Source of the DNA: a virus
Lineage: Duplodnaviria > Caudoviricetes
DNA length: 64,000 bases
IMG/VR virus record: IMGVR_UViG_3300037851_000542
Coordinates: 64,001 to 128,000 of that record
Direction: 5' to 3' (one strand)
The position numbers and the translations under genes were made by a program. Numbering within the stretch: the first letter of the stretch is position 1; every line of letters starts with the position of its first letter. Of the stretch, positions 17,047-26,246 are shown one piece after another. Under the pieces are notes generated by a model. It saw only the letters and a program-made list of their open reading frames with translations, had not been told where the DNA came from and did no database searches.

Positions 17047-17075
17047 TTGACAATACCTTAACAATAGTATATATT
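17047..17075 (+). promoter_or_regulatory. sigma70 consensus promoter
   Basis: TTGACA (17047-17052), 17-nt spacer, TATATT (17070-17075). Confidence 0.65.
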
Positions 17076-17125
17076 TATTATTTTAATTTAAAAATTACCA
17101 ACATAAATTACCAACATTTGAAAGA

Positions 17126-17680
17126 ATGGTAGGCACTTATATACCACCTGAGCTATCTTTACTTCTAAGATCTGACCTAGAAGAAATAATAACTGAAAAG
17201 TTTGCGGAGCACTACTCAGTAAATATTAATAACTGGATTATACCGGATTTATATTATAATCAGTCTCTTAAAAAACTAATTTATAATAAAAAACCTGCTA
17301 ATGGTATGTACTGCTTATTAGGTAAAATAAACTACGGTAGTCCTGATAAAAGAAGTAAACATACTGTCTTTCAATTTAATCTTGCTAGCATAAATCTTGC
17401 TGAAACAGTTTGGGCAGATTCATTTTTACCCTATCCAAATATAACAGGTGAGGTCAAAGAAAACTTATACTTTCCTCTATTTAAAGTAGGACCATATTCA
17501 AAATATAAAAGGTACTTTGATATTTATCACTCTGAGTTAAATGCTTCTTTTACTCTAGATGCTTTAAAAGATAAAATCAATTATATGCAGTTTAGAGACC
17601 CAGATAAAGATGTAGTAAAAATAAGGATATATAAACTGAGACTAGCGCTCCAGAGGATGATAGATTTAGAAAAAGTTTAA
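17126..17680 (+). CDS. hypothetical protein
   Basis: 184 aa ORF downstream of the consensus promoter. Confidence 0.7.
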   Translation: MVGTYIPPELSLLLRSDLEEIITEKFAEHYSVNINNWIIPDLYYNQSLKKLIYNKKPANGMYCLLGKINYGSPDKRSKHTVFQFNLASINLAETVWADSFLPYPNITGEVKENLYFPLFKVGPYSKYKRYFDIYHSELNASFTLDALKDKINYMQFRDPDKDVVKIRIYKLRLALQRMIDLEKV

Positions 17681-17686
17681 TTACTG

Positions 17687-17715
17687 TTGATTTTACCTAA
17701 AGCTGCCTGTATACT
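17687..17715 (+). promoter_or_regulatory. sigma70-type promoter
   Basis: TTGATT (17687-17692), 17-nt spacer, TATACT (17710-17715). Confidence 0.55.
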
Positions 17716-17755
17716 AATTAAACATATTTAACTTAAACTTATTAACTGCAGAACT

Positions 17756-18001
17756 ATGGCTAGTAAATTAAAAATATTCACTGTAAAACAACTTGGTCAG
17801 AAGGATGACTATTCAGATCCGAAAAACCCTACAATCATCCCTGCTGAGACGGAAGAAGACCTGATGTTAAAAATTCAAGCAGTTATAGATGACGCTGGTA
17901 TTGCGCCTGGCGCTTTGACTAACTGGAGCATTGTGAAGTTAGAGCGTATTATAAAAGGCTCTGGGGATGCTAGTTATTGGGTAGTAGTTGAGGGCGACTA
18001 A
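17756..18001 (+). CDS. hypothetical protein
   Basis: 81 aa ORF with its own candidate promoter. Confidence 0.7.
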   Translation: MASKLKIFTVKQLGQKDDYSDPKNPTIIPAETEEDLMLKIQAVIDDAGIAPGALTNWSIVKLERIIKGSGDASYWVVVEGD

Positions 18002-18618
18002 CCTTCGGAAGTATTAGCAGCTGCTTCGGACAAAGAGTTAAAATAATCTTGGACTGTAATAATTCTTATAGGATAGGTTATTTTTGACCTTTTTGCCCAG
18101 CTCTTTAGCTTATCCTCGTCCTCAATGCCTTTTTTCGAGCAATTAATCTTTCTACACACAGGTATTAGGGTCGGAGTATTTAAGTCTGAGAGATTATACT
18201 CTAACTGAAAAGCATCGCTAGCCTTGTAATTATGACATTGCAGAGGTATCTTGGAGTAGGCACATCTCCACCCATACCTATCTAAAAGGGTCTCAATATC
18301 AAGATCGTCAAACTCTATACTATTTAGGGTTTTATAGCCCTTTTTTCCAACAGGATGCCTTTTTTCCCCTACCAATAGGTTGAATTTATTCCATTGATCA
18401 TTATATAACCTATGTGTTATTGATAGTCTTCTGTAACATGATCTGCACAACCCTTTAGCCCAGTGAGATTTATTACCTTCTGGGTTCTTAGTCTTACATA
18501 ACTTGCAGCATACGTAGCTGCTTGTATCCCAAGGACCTTTATGGTAAGATGAGCCGTGGAAGTAAACTTCGCCTGGCAGGAATTGCTGTAAACTATTTAA
18601 ATTATCAAAATGTCCCAT
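17998..18618 (-). CDS. Zn-finger plus degenerate HNH-like protein
   Basis: CKLC...GLCRSC zinc finger; RYGWRCAYSKIPL...QLEY...LIPVCRKINCSK resembles HNH folds with the DH replaced by EY. Probable start 18618 (MGHFD); the track gives 18639. Confidence 0.5.
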   Translation of the reverse strand: MGHFDNLNSLQQFLPGEVYFHGSSYHKGPWDTSSYVCCKLCKTKNPEGNKSHWAKGLCRSCYRRLSITHRLYNDQWNKFNLLVGEKRHPVGKKGYKTLNSIEFDDLDIETLLDRYGWRCAYSKIPLQCHNYKASDAFQLEYNLSDLNTPTLIPVCRKINCSKKGIEDEDKLKSWAKRSKITYPIRIITVQDYFNSLSEAAANTSEG

Positions 18619-18633
18619 ACTCAAAATATAGTA

Positions 18634-19760
18634 CGGCATCCATTATTTATTTTAGTAAATAATTTCCCCTGATGGGCTCTCATGCCCGAGAGCGAAAATA
18701 AGAATATTCTTTGCCGCGTTTACATCTCTTTGATGCTGACTTCCACAAGAGGAACACTCCCATTCTCTTACCCCTAACGCACTTAGTCCACTCGGTCCTG
18801 TTTTTTGAAGACAATGCGAGCAAGTTACGGTAGAGTATTTTTCGTTGGTTACTCGGAAGTCAATACCAAGCTTTAGAGCTTTATATGCAAGCATTGATTT
18901 AAATCGCCCCCAACTGGCGTCTAAAACGGACTTTGCCATTTTAGTTTTTACAAGTTTAAGGGCATTTACGTCTCCAACGAAAATTTGTTTATTCTCCTGC
19001 GCTAATTTAGTGGTAGCTTTATGCAGGAAATCTTTACGCACGTTCTTAATTTTGGCGTAGATTTTAGTGACTTGTTTTTTCTTTCTAGCTCTTTGGGCTT
19101 TAGCGAGTTTTTCTGCGTATTTTGACAAAACTTTGGGATTTTCTATTGTACTACCATCCGAGCATGTTGCTAAGGTCTTAAGACCTAGATCAATCCCTAT
19201 GACTCCTTGCCCTAAATGCTTAGCCTGAGGTTCAACTTCACAGTTTAGGTTTATGTACCATTTTCCCTCGGAGTCCTAATTAAAAGAGGCTGTCTTAAGT
19301 TTTCCTTGAACCTCTCTGGACTTCCAGAATTTAAATTTACGTTTAAGGTAAACTACCGAGTCACCTTTAAGTTGAATACCTTTTGAGTTAACAGGTATCC
19401 ATCCTAAGTTTCTTTTGTGACTTCTCCATCTTAACTTAGGCTTCTTTAAATTGTTTCTCTTAGCTATAAATTCTCTAGCTATCTCATTGATAGTAGTGGA
19501 GCTAAGTCCTAATTCTTTAGAAGATCCTACTGTTAGATAATTTAAATCGTATTCCGATATCCATCTTTTATTTCCACCTGCAGATCTTCGATCAGCGGAT
19601 TTTTTAGATACCTCATTGCAGTAATTCCATACAAAGTTCACTGATTTTGCCTTACAATTGAGCAGGTTTAAATGCGTAGAATCTTTTATTCGGAATTTGT
19701 AAGTAATCATTGCTTTCGCCATTCGGTTAGTTTATACTTTTTAAATGAAACTTTCAAGTT
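18634..19760 (-). mobile_element. tnpB-only IS200/IS605-type element (no tnpA); ends approximate
   Basis: tnpB with a 3' hairpin ATTATTTA-ctaaaa-TAAATAAT followed by GGATGCCG, at the position where the right-end hairpin and GGATGTCA-like motif usually lie. Left end not defined. Confidence 0.5.
18652..19722 (-). pseudogene. tnpB: IS200/IS605-family TnpB interrupted by one in-frame TAG
   Basis: ORFs 19276..19722 and 18652..19128 are in the same frame. Reading through TAG (19278-19276) gives SFN*DSEGKWYINL...GIDLGLK (RuvC-I), IFVGDV (RuvC-II), CSHC/CSSC zinc finger and RDVNAAKNI (RuvC-III); 356 codons in total. Confidence 0.9.
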
Positions 19761-19805
19761 TAAAAACATTATCAGAATCAAACAGCGGGTTTTGAGCTTA
19801 ATTTT

Positions 19806-20639
19806 ATGAATAATTATAAACTAAAGCCCTTCTTTAAATGTCCTGGTGGTAAAACTAAATTGCTAGCAGAGCTGCACAGTAATTTGCCCAAAGACTACCA
19901 AGATCATAAATATGTTGAATTATTCCTTGGAGGTGGGGCTTTATTTTTAAGCCTTTTACAAAGCGAGATGTCAGAATTTTATATAAATGATTATAATTTT
20001 GATACTTTTAACTTATGGAGTACTTTAATAAATGATCCTAGTAAACTTAACTATACAGAAGAACAGGATTATTATAAAAACAGATTAAAATTAAATACAG
20101 TCACCTTGTCGCCAGAGGAAAGAGCAAGTACCTTTTTATATTTAAATAAAAATTGCTTTAACGGTCTTATAAGGTATAACTCCTCTGGAAAATTTAATTC
20201 CCCAGCAGGTAAGTACGCCCGAATTCAAATGCCTAATATGCAACTTATTAACGATTTGAGCCAAGCTATCAACTCTAAATTAGTCCATTTATCAAACTCG
20301 GACTTTAAGGGATATTTTGATACACATTTTAGTTCTAAATCTTGCTTAAACGGGTGGTTTTTTTACTTTGACCCTCCTTATATTCCTATTTCTTCTACTT
20401 CTAATTTTACCGATTATACTCAACAAGGATTTAATATAGAAGGTCAACTTAAACTTGTAGAATGTATGAATAAAATTAATGAACTAGGAGGTAAGTTCTT
20501 ATTATCTAACTCATCTTCCCCTATTGCTTTAGACCTGTATAAAGATTACAATATAGTTAATATAAAAGCCTTAAGAACTATAAACAGTAAGGTTCAGAAT
20601 AGAGGACCTATATTAGAAATTTTAGTAAAAAATTATTAA
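19806..20639 (+). CDS. dam: Dam-family DNA adenine methyltransferase
   Basis: KPFFKCPGGK, YVELFLGGGALF (motif I), YLNKNCFNGL.RYN..G.FN.P.G, FYFDPPY (motif IV). Confidence 0.92.
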   Translation: MNNYKLKPFFKCPGGKTKLLAELHSNLPKDYQDHKYVELFLGGGALFLSLLQSEMSEFYINDYNFDTFNLWSTLINDPSKLNYTEEQDYYKNRLKLNTVTLSPEERASTFLYLNKNCFNGLIRYNSSGKFNSPAGKYARIQMPNMQLINDLSQAINSKLVHLSNSDFKGYFDTHFSSKSCLNGWFFYFDPPYIPISSTSNFTDYTQQGFNIEGQLKLVECMNKINELGGKFLLSNSSSPIALDLYKDYNIVNIKALRTINSKVQNRGPILEILVKNY

Positions 20640-20657
20640 AGGGGAAGAAAACTAAAA

Positions 20658-20855
20658 ATGTTATCAGAGTTTATAAACTACATCTTATCTTTGATTTCTA
20701 GTGTTTCGGGTGAAAATTTACAGAATTTAGCCCTGCTGGTACTGGCTATATCTGTCTGGATTTTAGCACTGCGAGTAAAAGCTATAAGTAAATTAAATGG
20801 TATACGGGATCTTTTGGCTGCGAAGAAGTTAAACCGTAAAAACAAAAAACAATAG
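20658..20855 (+). CDS. small membrane protein
   Basis: 65 aa with a hydrophobic segment and a basic C-terminus. Confidence 0.6.
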   Translation: MLSEFINYILSLISSVSGENLQNLALLVLAISVWILALRVKAISKLNGIRDLLAAKKLNRKNKKQ

Positions 20856-22240
20856 TGACTAAGTGTAGTAATAATATTCTAGGAAAAGTTGGATTTAGTA
20901 TAACTCAGCAAACTATAAAAGAACTGTGTTATAACCTATCAGCTTATTCTGTAATTAATCTATACCCCAGTGTTGTATTAGGTTACAATGGATCTTACTG
21001 GTCTAAAGAATTTTATAATGAACTTATTAGGCAATTTACTGAGCTTAATATTGATTTAGTATTAATCGACCGCCCGACTACCTTGTATGAGACCTGTTGG
21101 CTCTCTAAAGAGTTAAAAACGCAACCACTGGTTGTTTATCTTACTGAGACAATGCAAGGTCCAGAATACATAAGTATCTCTCTTTTTAAAAGAGATTTAG
21201 AACCTTTAACTACTGATGAGTTAAAAGATTTAAAACTTGAATCTAACAGTACCTCTAAAGGTAACATAGATACGGTAAATATAAAGGGCTTAGTTAAATA
21301 CCTACAGGACTCTAAAGTTTCAGATTTAAGCGGGCTGTCCGAATTTAAACTGTATATCGACTCTATGTTTGGTGCAGGTGAGTACATCTTTAGGGACTTA
21401 AATCAGCAGAAGCTTATAGATGTTTCTTTCTTTAACCCTCAATCTTCACCTACAAGAATAGTAAATTATACCTCTAACCCTACTGGACAATTTCTTAGCA
21501 ATTACGCAAAGGTATGTTTAAATCCTGACTTTAAGACTTTATTTTTTGGTCTAGGTCCTGATGGCGAGAAAATAGGTCTTTATGACTTAAAACAAGATAC
21601 CGAAATTAGCTCTTCTAGTGTTATAGCGTTACTGGCATATTATTATGCTAAAATACGTAAAAAAAAGGGAACTGTTATTCTAACACCTCTTACTGGAAGT
21701 AAAACTTTAGAAGTCATAAACAAATTAGATTTAAGTTATGAAATCGTTGATTGTGGGGCTCAGGCTTTTTATGAAAGCATACATAAAAAACGAAGAAGAC
21801 CTGCATTATTTTATGCGAATGAGTATGGTAATATATGGTTTAAAGGGGATATAAATGCTTGTAATAATGTATTAGCTGTATTGGCTATAACTAATTTATG
21901 TAAAGAAATGTCCAGGTCCCCCGGAGAAATATTAGATATAATTCATACTTCGTTTTTACAAAATAATTATTTACATTTTAATTATGCTGTTATCAAAGAT
22001 GTAATAAGTGTAGAAGAATTTGAATTTATAATGAAAGATTATATAAATGATAAGAAAAATTATAATAATAGTTCCGTATACTTATTAAATAACTCATCTA
22101 GGCTTGCACTAAAAGATAATTTAAATTATAATAGATTAGAGATAAGTGTAGAATCCACTAATCAAGAAGATTTAAAGAATATTGCTATATTTTTACAAGA
22201 GGAAATAGGTAAAAAATGTTTAGAGGTATATGCTCCTTAG
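20855..22240 (+). CDS. alpha-D-phosphohexomutase (PMM/PGM)-like protein with degenerate active site
   Basis: 461 aa with collinear degenerate motifs: VVLGYN, LTETMQGPEY (for TASHNP), LGPDGEK (for DxDxDR), DCGAQAF (for VGFK), ANEYG (for GEESG). Confidence 0.7.
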   Translation: MTKCSNNILGKVGFSITQQTIKELCYNLSAYSVINLYPSVVLGYNGSYWSKEFYNELIRQFTELNIDLVLIDRPTTLYETCWLSKELKTQPLVVYLTETMQGPEYISISLFKRDLEPLTTDELKDLKLESNSTSKGNIDTVNIKGLVKYLQDSKVSDLSGLSEFKLYIDSMFGAGEYIFRDLNQQKLIDVSFFNPQSSPTRIVNYTSNPTGQFLSNYAKVCLNPDFKTLFFGLGPDGEKIGLYDLKQDTEISSSSVIALLAYYYAKIRKKKGTVILTPLTGSKTLEVINKLDLSYEIVDCGAQAFYESIHKKRRRPALFYANEYGNIWFKGDINACNNVLAVLAITNLCKEMSRSPGEILDIIHTSFLQNNYLHFNYAVIKDVISVEEFEFIMKDYINDKKNYNNSSVYLLNNSSRLALKDNLNYNRLEISVESTNQEDLKNIAIFLQEEIGKKCLEVYAP

Positions 22241-22713
22241 TATTGTTATTACTTACTTTCACTCCTACTGCCGATACGGAATGTAGAGAGAATTATAACA
22301 TAAAGGAGCATTTTAGAGGATCCCAATTATTTATAGCATCATCTGTTGATACTTTACCTTCTGCTACAGATATTACTTGTATATTGTTAGAAACTATCAG
22401 CCTTAAGTCTAAAAATCTCCCTACGGATTTTATTATAGCAATCTCTGATTTAAATAATATAGGTGGGGCTATTTTGAGAGTCTCTGTAAAAGATAATCTT
22501 TTTATATTAATGGATTTTGCTAAATCTGATAGTAATAATTATACAATTACAGCTATTACATATCCAGACCCTTTAAAGAGGATTCAAGAGGTATTAAGTA
22601 AAAAAAGATTACCTACTACTTCCGATTTAACTACTTATGAGCTTTTAAAGTATAAAGCTTTAAAGTCTTCAATTACAAGTACTGAGCTACTAGAGGTAAT
22701 AGGAAAACAATGA
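22216..22713 (+). CDS. hypothetical protein, possibly exported
   Basis: 165 aa with a hydrophobic N-terminus (ICSLVLLLLTFTPTA). Confidence 0.65.
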   Translation: MFRGICSLVLLLLTFTPTADTECRENYNIKEHFRGSQLFIASSVDTLPSATDITCILLETISLKSKNLPTDFIIAISDLNNIGGAILRVSVKDNLFILMDFAKSDSNNYTITAITYPDPLKRIQEVLSKKRLPTTSDLTTYELLKYKALKSSITSTELLEVIGKQ

Positions 22714-23387
22714 TAAAATATAATTCCGATAACGAAGTTTTAGAAGCTTTAAAAAAAGAATTTAGTAGAGACTCCGAAAAGGTTTTATCTATTGGGTATG
22801 GCAAAGGTAAGAAAGATTTAGTTTACTTGTCCGTTGAAAGTGTAAGAGCACGTTTAGATGACGTTCTTGGTTTAAACTGGAATTGGGAAACTATTGAAAC
22901 TGTTTATTCTCAGTTTATAAAAGCCCCATCTAAACAGAAGCTGGACGACGGTTCCTACGGTGTTCCTGCCGGAGCAGGTCCTGTCTCGATACCTACAGTA
23001 TCTGTTACAGGCAGACTCACCTTACACTTACCTTCAGGGATTGCTGTATTTAGAGACGGTAACGGTGGAAGCTCTTTAGACAAAGGTACTGGACCTGGTG
23101 ACCCTGAGAAAATTGCAGCTAGTGATGCTTTTAAGAGAGCTGCCTGGTTTTTTGGTATAGGGGCATACTTAAGAAACGGTACTGCTTCTATAGATAATAC
23201 TTCAGTTATGGACTCAAGCAGACAGGGTTTTATTCCTCAGGTGCCAAACCAGCAGCAGCAGAATTGGAACCGAAATACAACAGTAGGAGGAGTTGTTCCC
23301 CACAATAACACTTTTACTGGACCTACGAATCATCAACAAGAACCTATAATTCACCAGACAGGTGGGTTAAAACCGGGCAGACCATAA
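22710..23387 (+). CDS. Rad52/Rad22-family single-strand annealing protein (Sak-like)
   Basis: YLSVESVRARLDDVLGLNWNWE...VTGRLTL...DG.G...EKIAASDAFKRAAWFFGIGAYL, plus a disordered Gln-rich tail. Confidence 0.88.
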   Translation: MIKYNSDNEVLEALKKEFSRDSEKVLSIGYGKGKKDLVYLSVESVRARLDDVLGLNWNWETIETVYSQFIKAPSKQKLDDGSYGVPAGAGPVSIPTVSVTGRLTLHLPSGIAVFRDGNGGSSLDKGTGPGDPEKIAASDAFKRAAWFFGIGAYLRNGTASIDNTSVMDSSRQGFIPQVPNQQQQNWNRNTTVGGVVPHNNTFTGPTNHQQEPIIHQTGGLKPGRP

Positions 23388-25228
23388 TGGAAATAAAACC
23401 TGTTTATATTAAAGATCTTTATAGTAAGATAAATATAATTGTTTTAAATAAAAGAGAAAGCGTAAATGAGTTAAAAAAGGTTAGTGTAAAGATAACAGAA
23501 GAGGACTACAAGCTGTGGGTATTAAATACCTGTGTTATAGGTATAAATAATATATCCTCTTATTTAAAGGACGGGACTGCTTCTTTAATATCCCAACTAC
23601 AGGAAGCTAATGAGGATATTTATAAAAGAGTAATAGCACTAAATGAATTTTTAGATCCTAAAAACTTGTTTATTAGCAACAAACGTGAACTTACGCACAA
23701 CAATACCAAACACCTTTTAACAAAGACTAAAAACTGGTCAAAAGAAGGTACATATAAAGAGATAACTACTGTAGATTTTCAGAACTTTTTAGATATATGC
23801 TCTGCATCTAGTTTGATGGAGTACACTCAAGTACCTGAAACCTTTAAAGATTTAAATTTAATTGTAAATATAAGATCTTTTTCTGAGAATGATCTCACTG
23901 CTCTTGTAAACTTAATGGATCTGGAAACAGACAGTCATTTAAAGTACTCAGTACTAGCAGAATGTATAGATAACTTCTCAGAAATTATTACGTTAATTAT
24001 AGACGAGGTAAATAAAAGTAGACTGGATATGGTTAAAACTGTATCCAGTCTTTACAGTTTATGCATCAAGCATAACTCTTTTCTTTATTTAAATTTAAAT
24101 GAAGCAAAGTATTTAAAGAAAGAACAGATAACTTCGTCATTTTCACAGACTAGTTCTGCTTTTAATAGCTTGTTTGAAAAATTAGAAGCTGACGAAGAAG
24201 AGGAAGAATTAAAAACTAAACCACTTAAAAGTGTACCACTAGCGCAGGTAACTGAACTAGAAGATAAACTAAAAAGTAGCATTTATGGGCAGGATGATGC
24301 AATTAAAGCTATTTACAATTCCGTAAAGCGTGCGCATATGGGTTTAAAACCTCAAAACAGACCTATAGCTGCGTTTTTATTCTATGGTCCTACTTCTACT
24401 GGTAAAACGGAGCTAGCTAAGGTTCTAGCCGAGTGTTTAAGGGGTTCTGCGTCAGAAGGTCTTGTAAAAATACCTTGTGGTACTGTCTTGAATGAATCTC
24501 ATACTATACAAACTTTAATTGGTGCGCCCCCTAGCTACGTAGGGCACGAATCTAAAAGTCTATTTGGAGCGCATTTTTCTAAGGATCCTAATTTAAAAAT
24601 TATATTATTTGATGAGATAGACAAAGCACATCCTAAAGTTTTTGATTTCTTGTTAGAAGCAATGGATGAAGGTAATATGATGGATAGTAAAGGTAACTGT
24701 TTAAACTTAAGAGATTCCATATTAATCTTTACTTGTAATACTGGACAAAAAGAGGCTATAAAAGCATCTAAAGCCGCAGGTTTTACATTAAATACTAGCA
24801 ATGAGAGCCATCAACATACAGTAGAAGAAATATATAAAACCACTATAGACAATAAATTAGTAGCTGAATTTAGAGCTAGACTTAACGGGCAATTCTTCTT
24901 CCGGAGGTTAAGTGAGAGTGAACTAATACTCACAGGTAAAAAATACCTTAATGACTTTTTTAAGGTCTGGGAAAAAGAAAATAAATCTATAGTGAATGTT
25001 TCTGAAGAAGTTTATAACTTTATGCTAAAAAAATGTATAAGCAGTCAGAAAGATTGTCACGCTAGACATTTAAATCACTTTATTGACGATCAGATTATAG
25101 ATAAGTTAGGAGATTTGCTAATAGATAAAAATATTACCCCATCTTCTATAAAGTCAATAGACATTACTATAGAAAATGATTTAATTGACTTTCATATAAT
25201 AGAAAAAAAGAAAAAGCTAAAAAAGTAG
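23387..25228 (+). CDS. ClpA/ClpB-like AAA+ ATPase with only the D2 module
   Basis: IYGQDDAI, RPIAAFLFYGPTSTGKTELAK, LIGAPPSYVG, IILFDEIDKAHP, DEG...D.KG, FRARL; about 270 aa of unrelated N-terminus. Confidence 0.88.
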   Translation: MEIKPVYIKDLYSKINIIVLNKRESVNELKKVSVKITEEDYKLWVLNTCVIGINNISSYLKDGTASLISQLQEANEDIYKRVIALNEFLDPKNLFISNKRELTHNNTKHLLTKTKNWSKEGTYKEITTVDFQNFLDICSASSLMEYTQVPETFKDLNLIVNIRSFSENDLTALVNLMDLETDSHLKYSVLAECIDNFSEIITLIIDEVNKSRLDMVKTVSSLYSLCIKHNSFLYLNLNEAKYLKKEQITSSFSQTSSAFNSLFEKLEADEEEEELKTKPLKSVPLAQVTELEDKLKSSIYGQDDAIKAIYNSVKRAHMGLKPQNRPIAAFLFYGPTSTGKTELAKVLAECLRGSASEGLVKIPCGTVLNESHTIQTLIGAPPSYVGHESKSLFGAHFSKDPNLKIILFDEIDKAHPKVFDFLLEAMDEGNMMDSKGNCLNLRDSILIFTCNTGQKEAIKASKAAGFTLNTSNESHQHTVEEIYKTTIDNKLVAEFRARLNGQFFFRRLSESELILTGKKYLNDFFKVWEKENKSIVNVSEEVYNFMLKKCISSQKDCHARHLNHFIDDQIIDKLGDLLIDKNITPSSIKSIDITIENDLIDFHIIEKKKKLKK

Positions 25229-25564
25229 TCAGTGTTTTCTAGTTCTAAGTCTTCTTTTCCTCTGTCCTAAAGCTATAACTGAAGTTGAGTTATCTGTTTT
25301 TCTAGTCTTTAAAACAGACTTAACTCCTTGAAAAAATCTGCAATAAGGTATATCTAAGTGCTCACATATGCTTCTGTAAGCATACAGATAACTATCGTTA
25401 TCACTTTCAAACCAACCTTTAGCCTCCTCGTGTCTTGTAATATCTTCGGATAAAAAATCATTAACTGCCGAAATTAAAACGTGCTGCATCAAGTCCTTTT
25501 CGTGGTAAGCAGGATCTGTTACATCAAGAAAGTCAGCATCTAATACTGGTCTATTTTGAGACAT
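25229..25564 (-). CDS. hypothetical protein
   Basis: 111 aa ORF with an Arg-rich C-terminus. Confidence 0.7.
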   Translation of the reverse strand: MSQNRPVLDADFLDVTDPAYHEKDLMQHVLISAVNDFLSEDITRHEEAKGWFESDNDSYLYAYRSICEHLDIPYCRFFQGVKSVLKTRKTDNSTSVIALGQRKRRLRTRKH

Positions 25565-25773
25565 TACTTGTCTCCGAGTTTATTAAAGTAATCTTTAATT
25601 ACAACTCCGCTTGAAGTTTCTTTCTTTAAAACCAAGTCTCCATTATAGACGTAAAACTCCCATCCATCGTTAAACAACTCATCTAGCGTCTGCTCTTGTG
25701 CAGGCTTAAATATAAGACTACAAGATGATAAAAATAAAGTTATAAGTACGAATATTAGTTTATTGATCTGCAT
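25564..25773 (-). CDS. small lipoprotein
   Basis: MQINKLIFVLITLFLSSC lipobox; probable start 25773. Confidence 0.65.
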   Translation of the reverse strand: MQINKLIFVLITLFLSSCSLIFKPAQEQTLDELFNDGWEFYVYNGDLVLKKETSSGVVIKDYFNKLGDK

Positions 25774-26083
25774 TGGTCCTCTTTCCAAATATAACTGTAG
25801 AACACTCTATAACTAGCTCGTCGTCTGTTTTGCTCCTGACTGTTCCTACGAAAATTCCAGGTTCTAGTGATCTTTGTTTAAGAACATTAACCTTATCTTG
25901 CTCATAAACATTTAACTTGGCTTTAATTTTAAAATTAAGTTCTACTTCTACTTTACCAGGTGTATCATTTATAAACTTGGTAATCATACCGTATATTGGA
26001 TACGACTTGCCTACCTCTACCTCGCCCTCTTGAACTTCTAGTCCAAACTTTTCAAAAAAGTTCTCTGCTTTGCTATCTTCCAT
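25760..26083 (-). CDS. hypothetical protein
   Basis: 107 aa ORF with a strong AGGAG RBS. Confidence 0.8.
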   Translation of the reverse strand: MEDSKAENFFEKFGLEVQEGEVEVGKSYPIYGMITKFINDTPGKVEVELNFKIKAKLNVYEQDKVNVLKQRSLEPGIFVGTVRSKTDDELVIECSTVIFGKRTNADQ

Positions 26084-26116
26084 TTATCTCCTGAAGTTAT
26101 TAAAAGTTTACTCACA

Positions 26117-26130
26117 ATTGTATATCGGCA
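26117..26130 (-). promoter_or_regulatory. candidate promoter motif TGCCG-ATA-TACAAT
   Basis: 34 nt upstream of the ATG at 26083; same pattern as 2653-2666 and 18625-18638. Confidence 0.4.
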
Positions 26131-26246
26131 AGGTAGGTTCAATACTTTAGTAGTTATTTGAATAAAATTAAAGCTTGAAGTCTTTAAACAGATATAGTAA
26201 CATTATATCATTAAATTTAATATAATATCTATAGATTTTTTACAGT

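Noticed and set aside
19276-19278. Genome-wide amber recoding (genetic code 15) suggested by the in-frame TAG in tnpB
   Set aside because: Many genes end properly at TAG (e.g. 8230, 10982, 11407, 16061, 25228) with the next gene following closely, and very long ORFs are open under the standard code. A local nonsense mutation is simpler.
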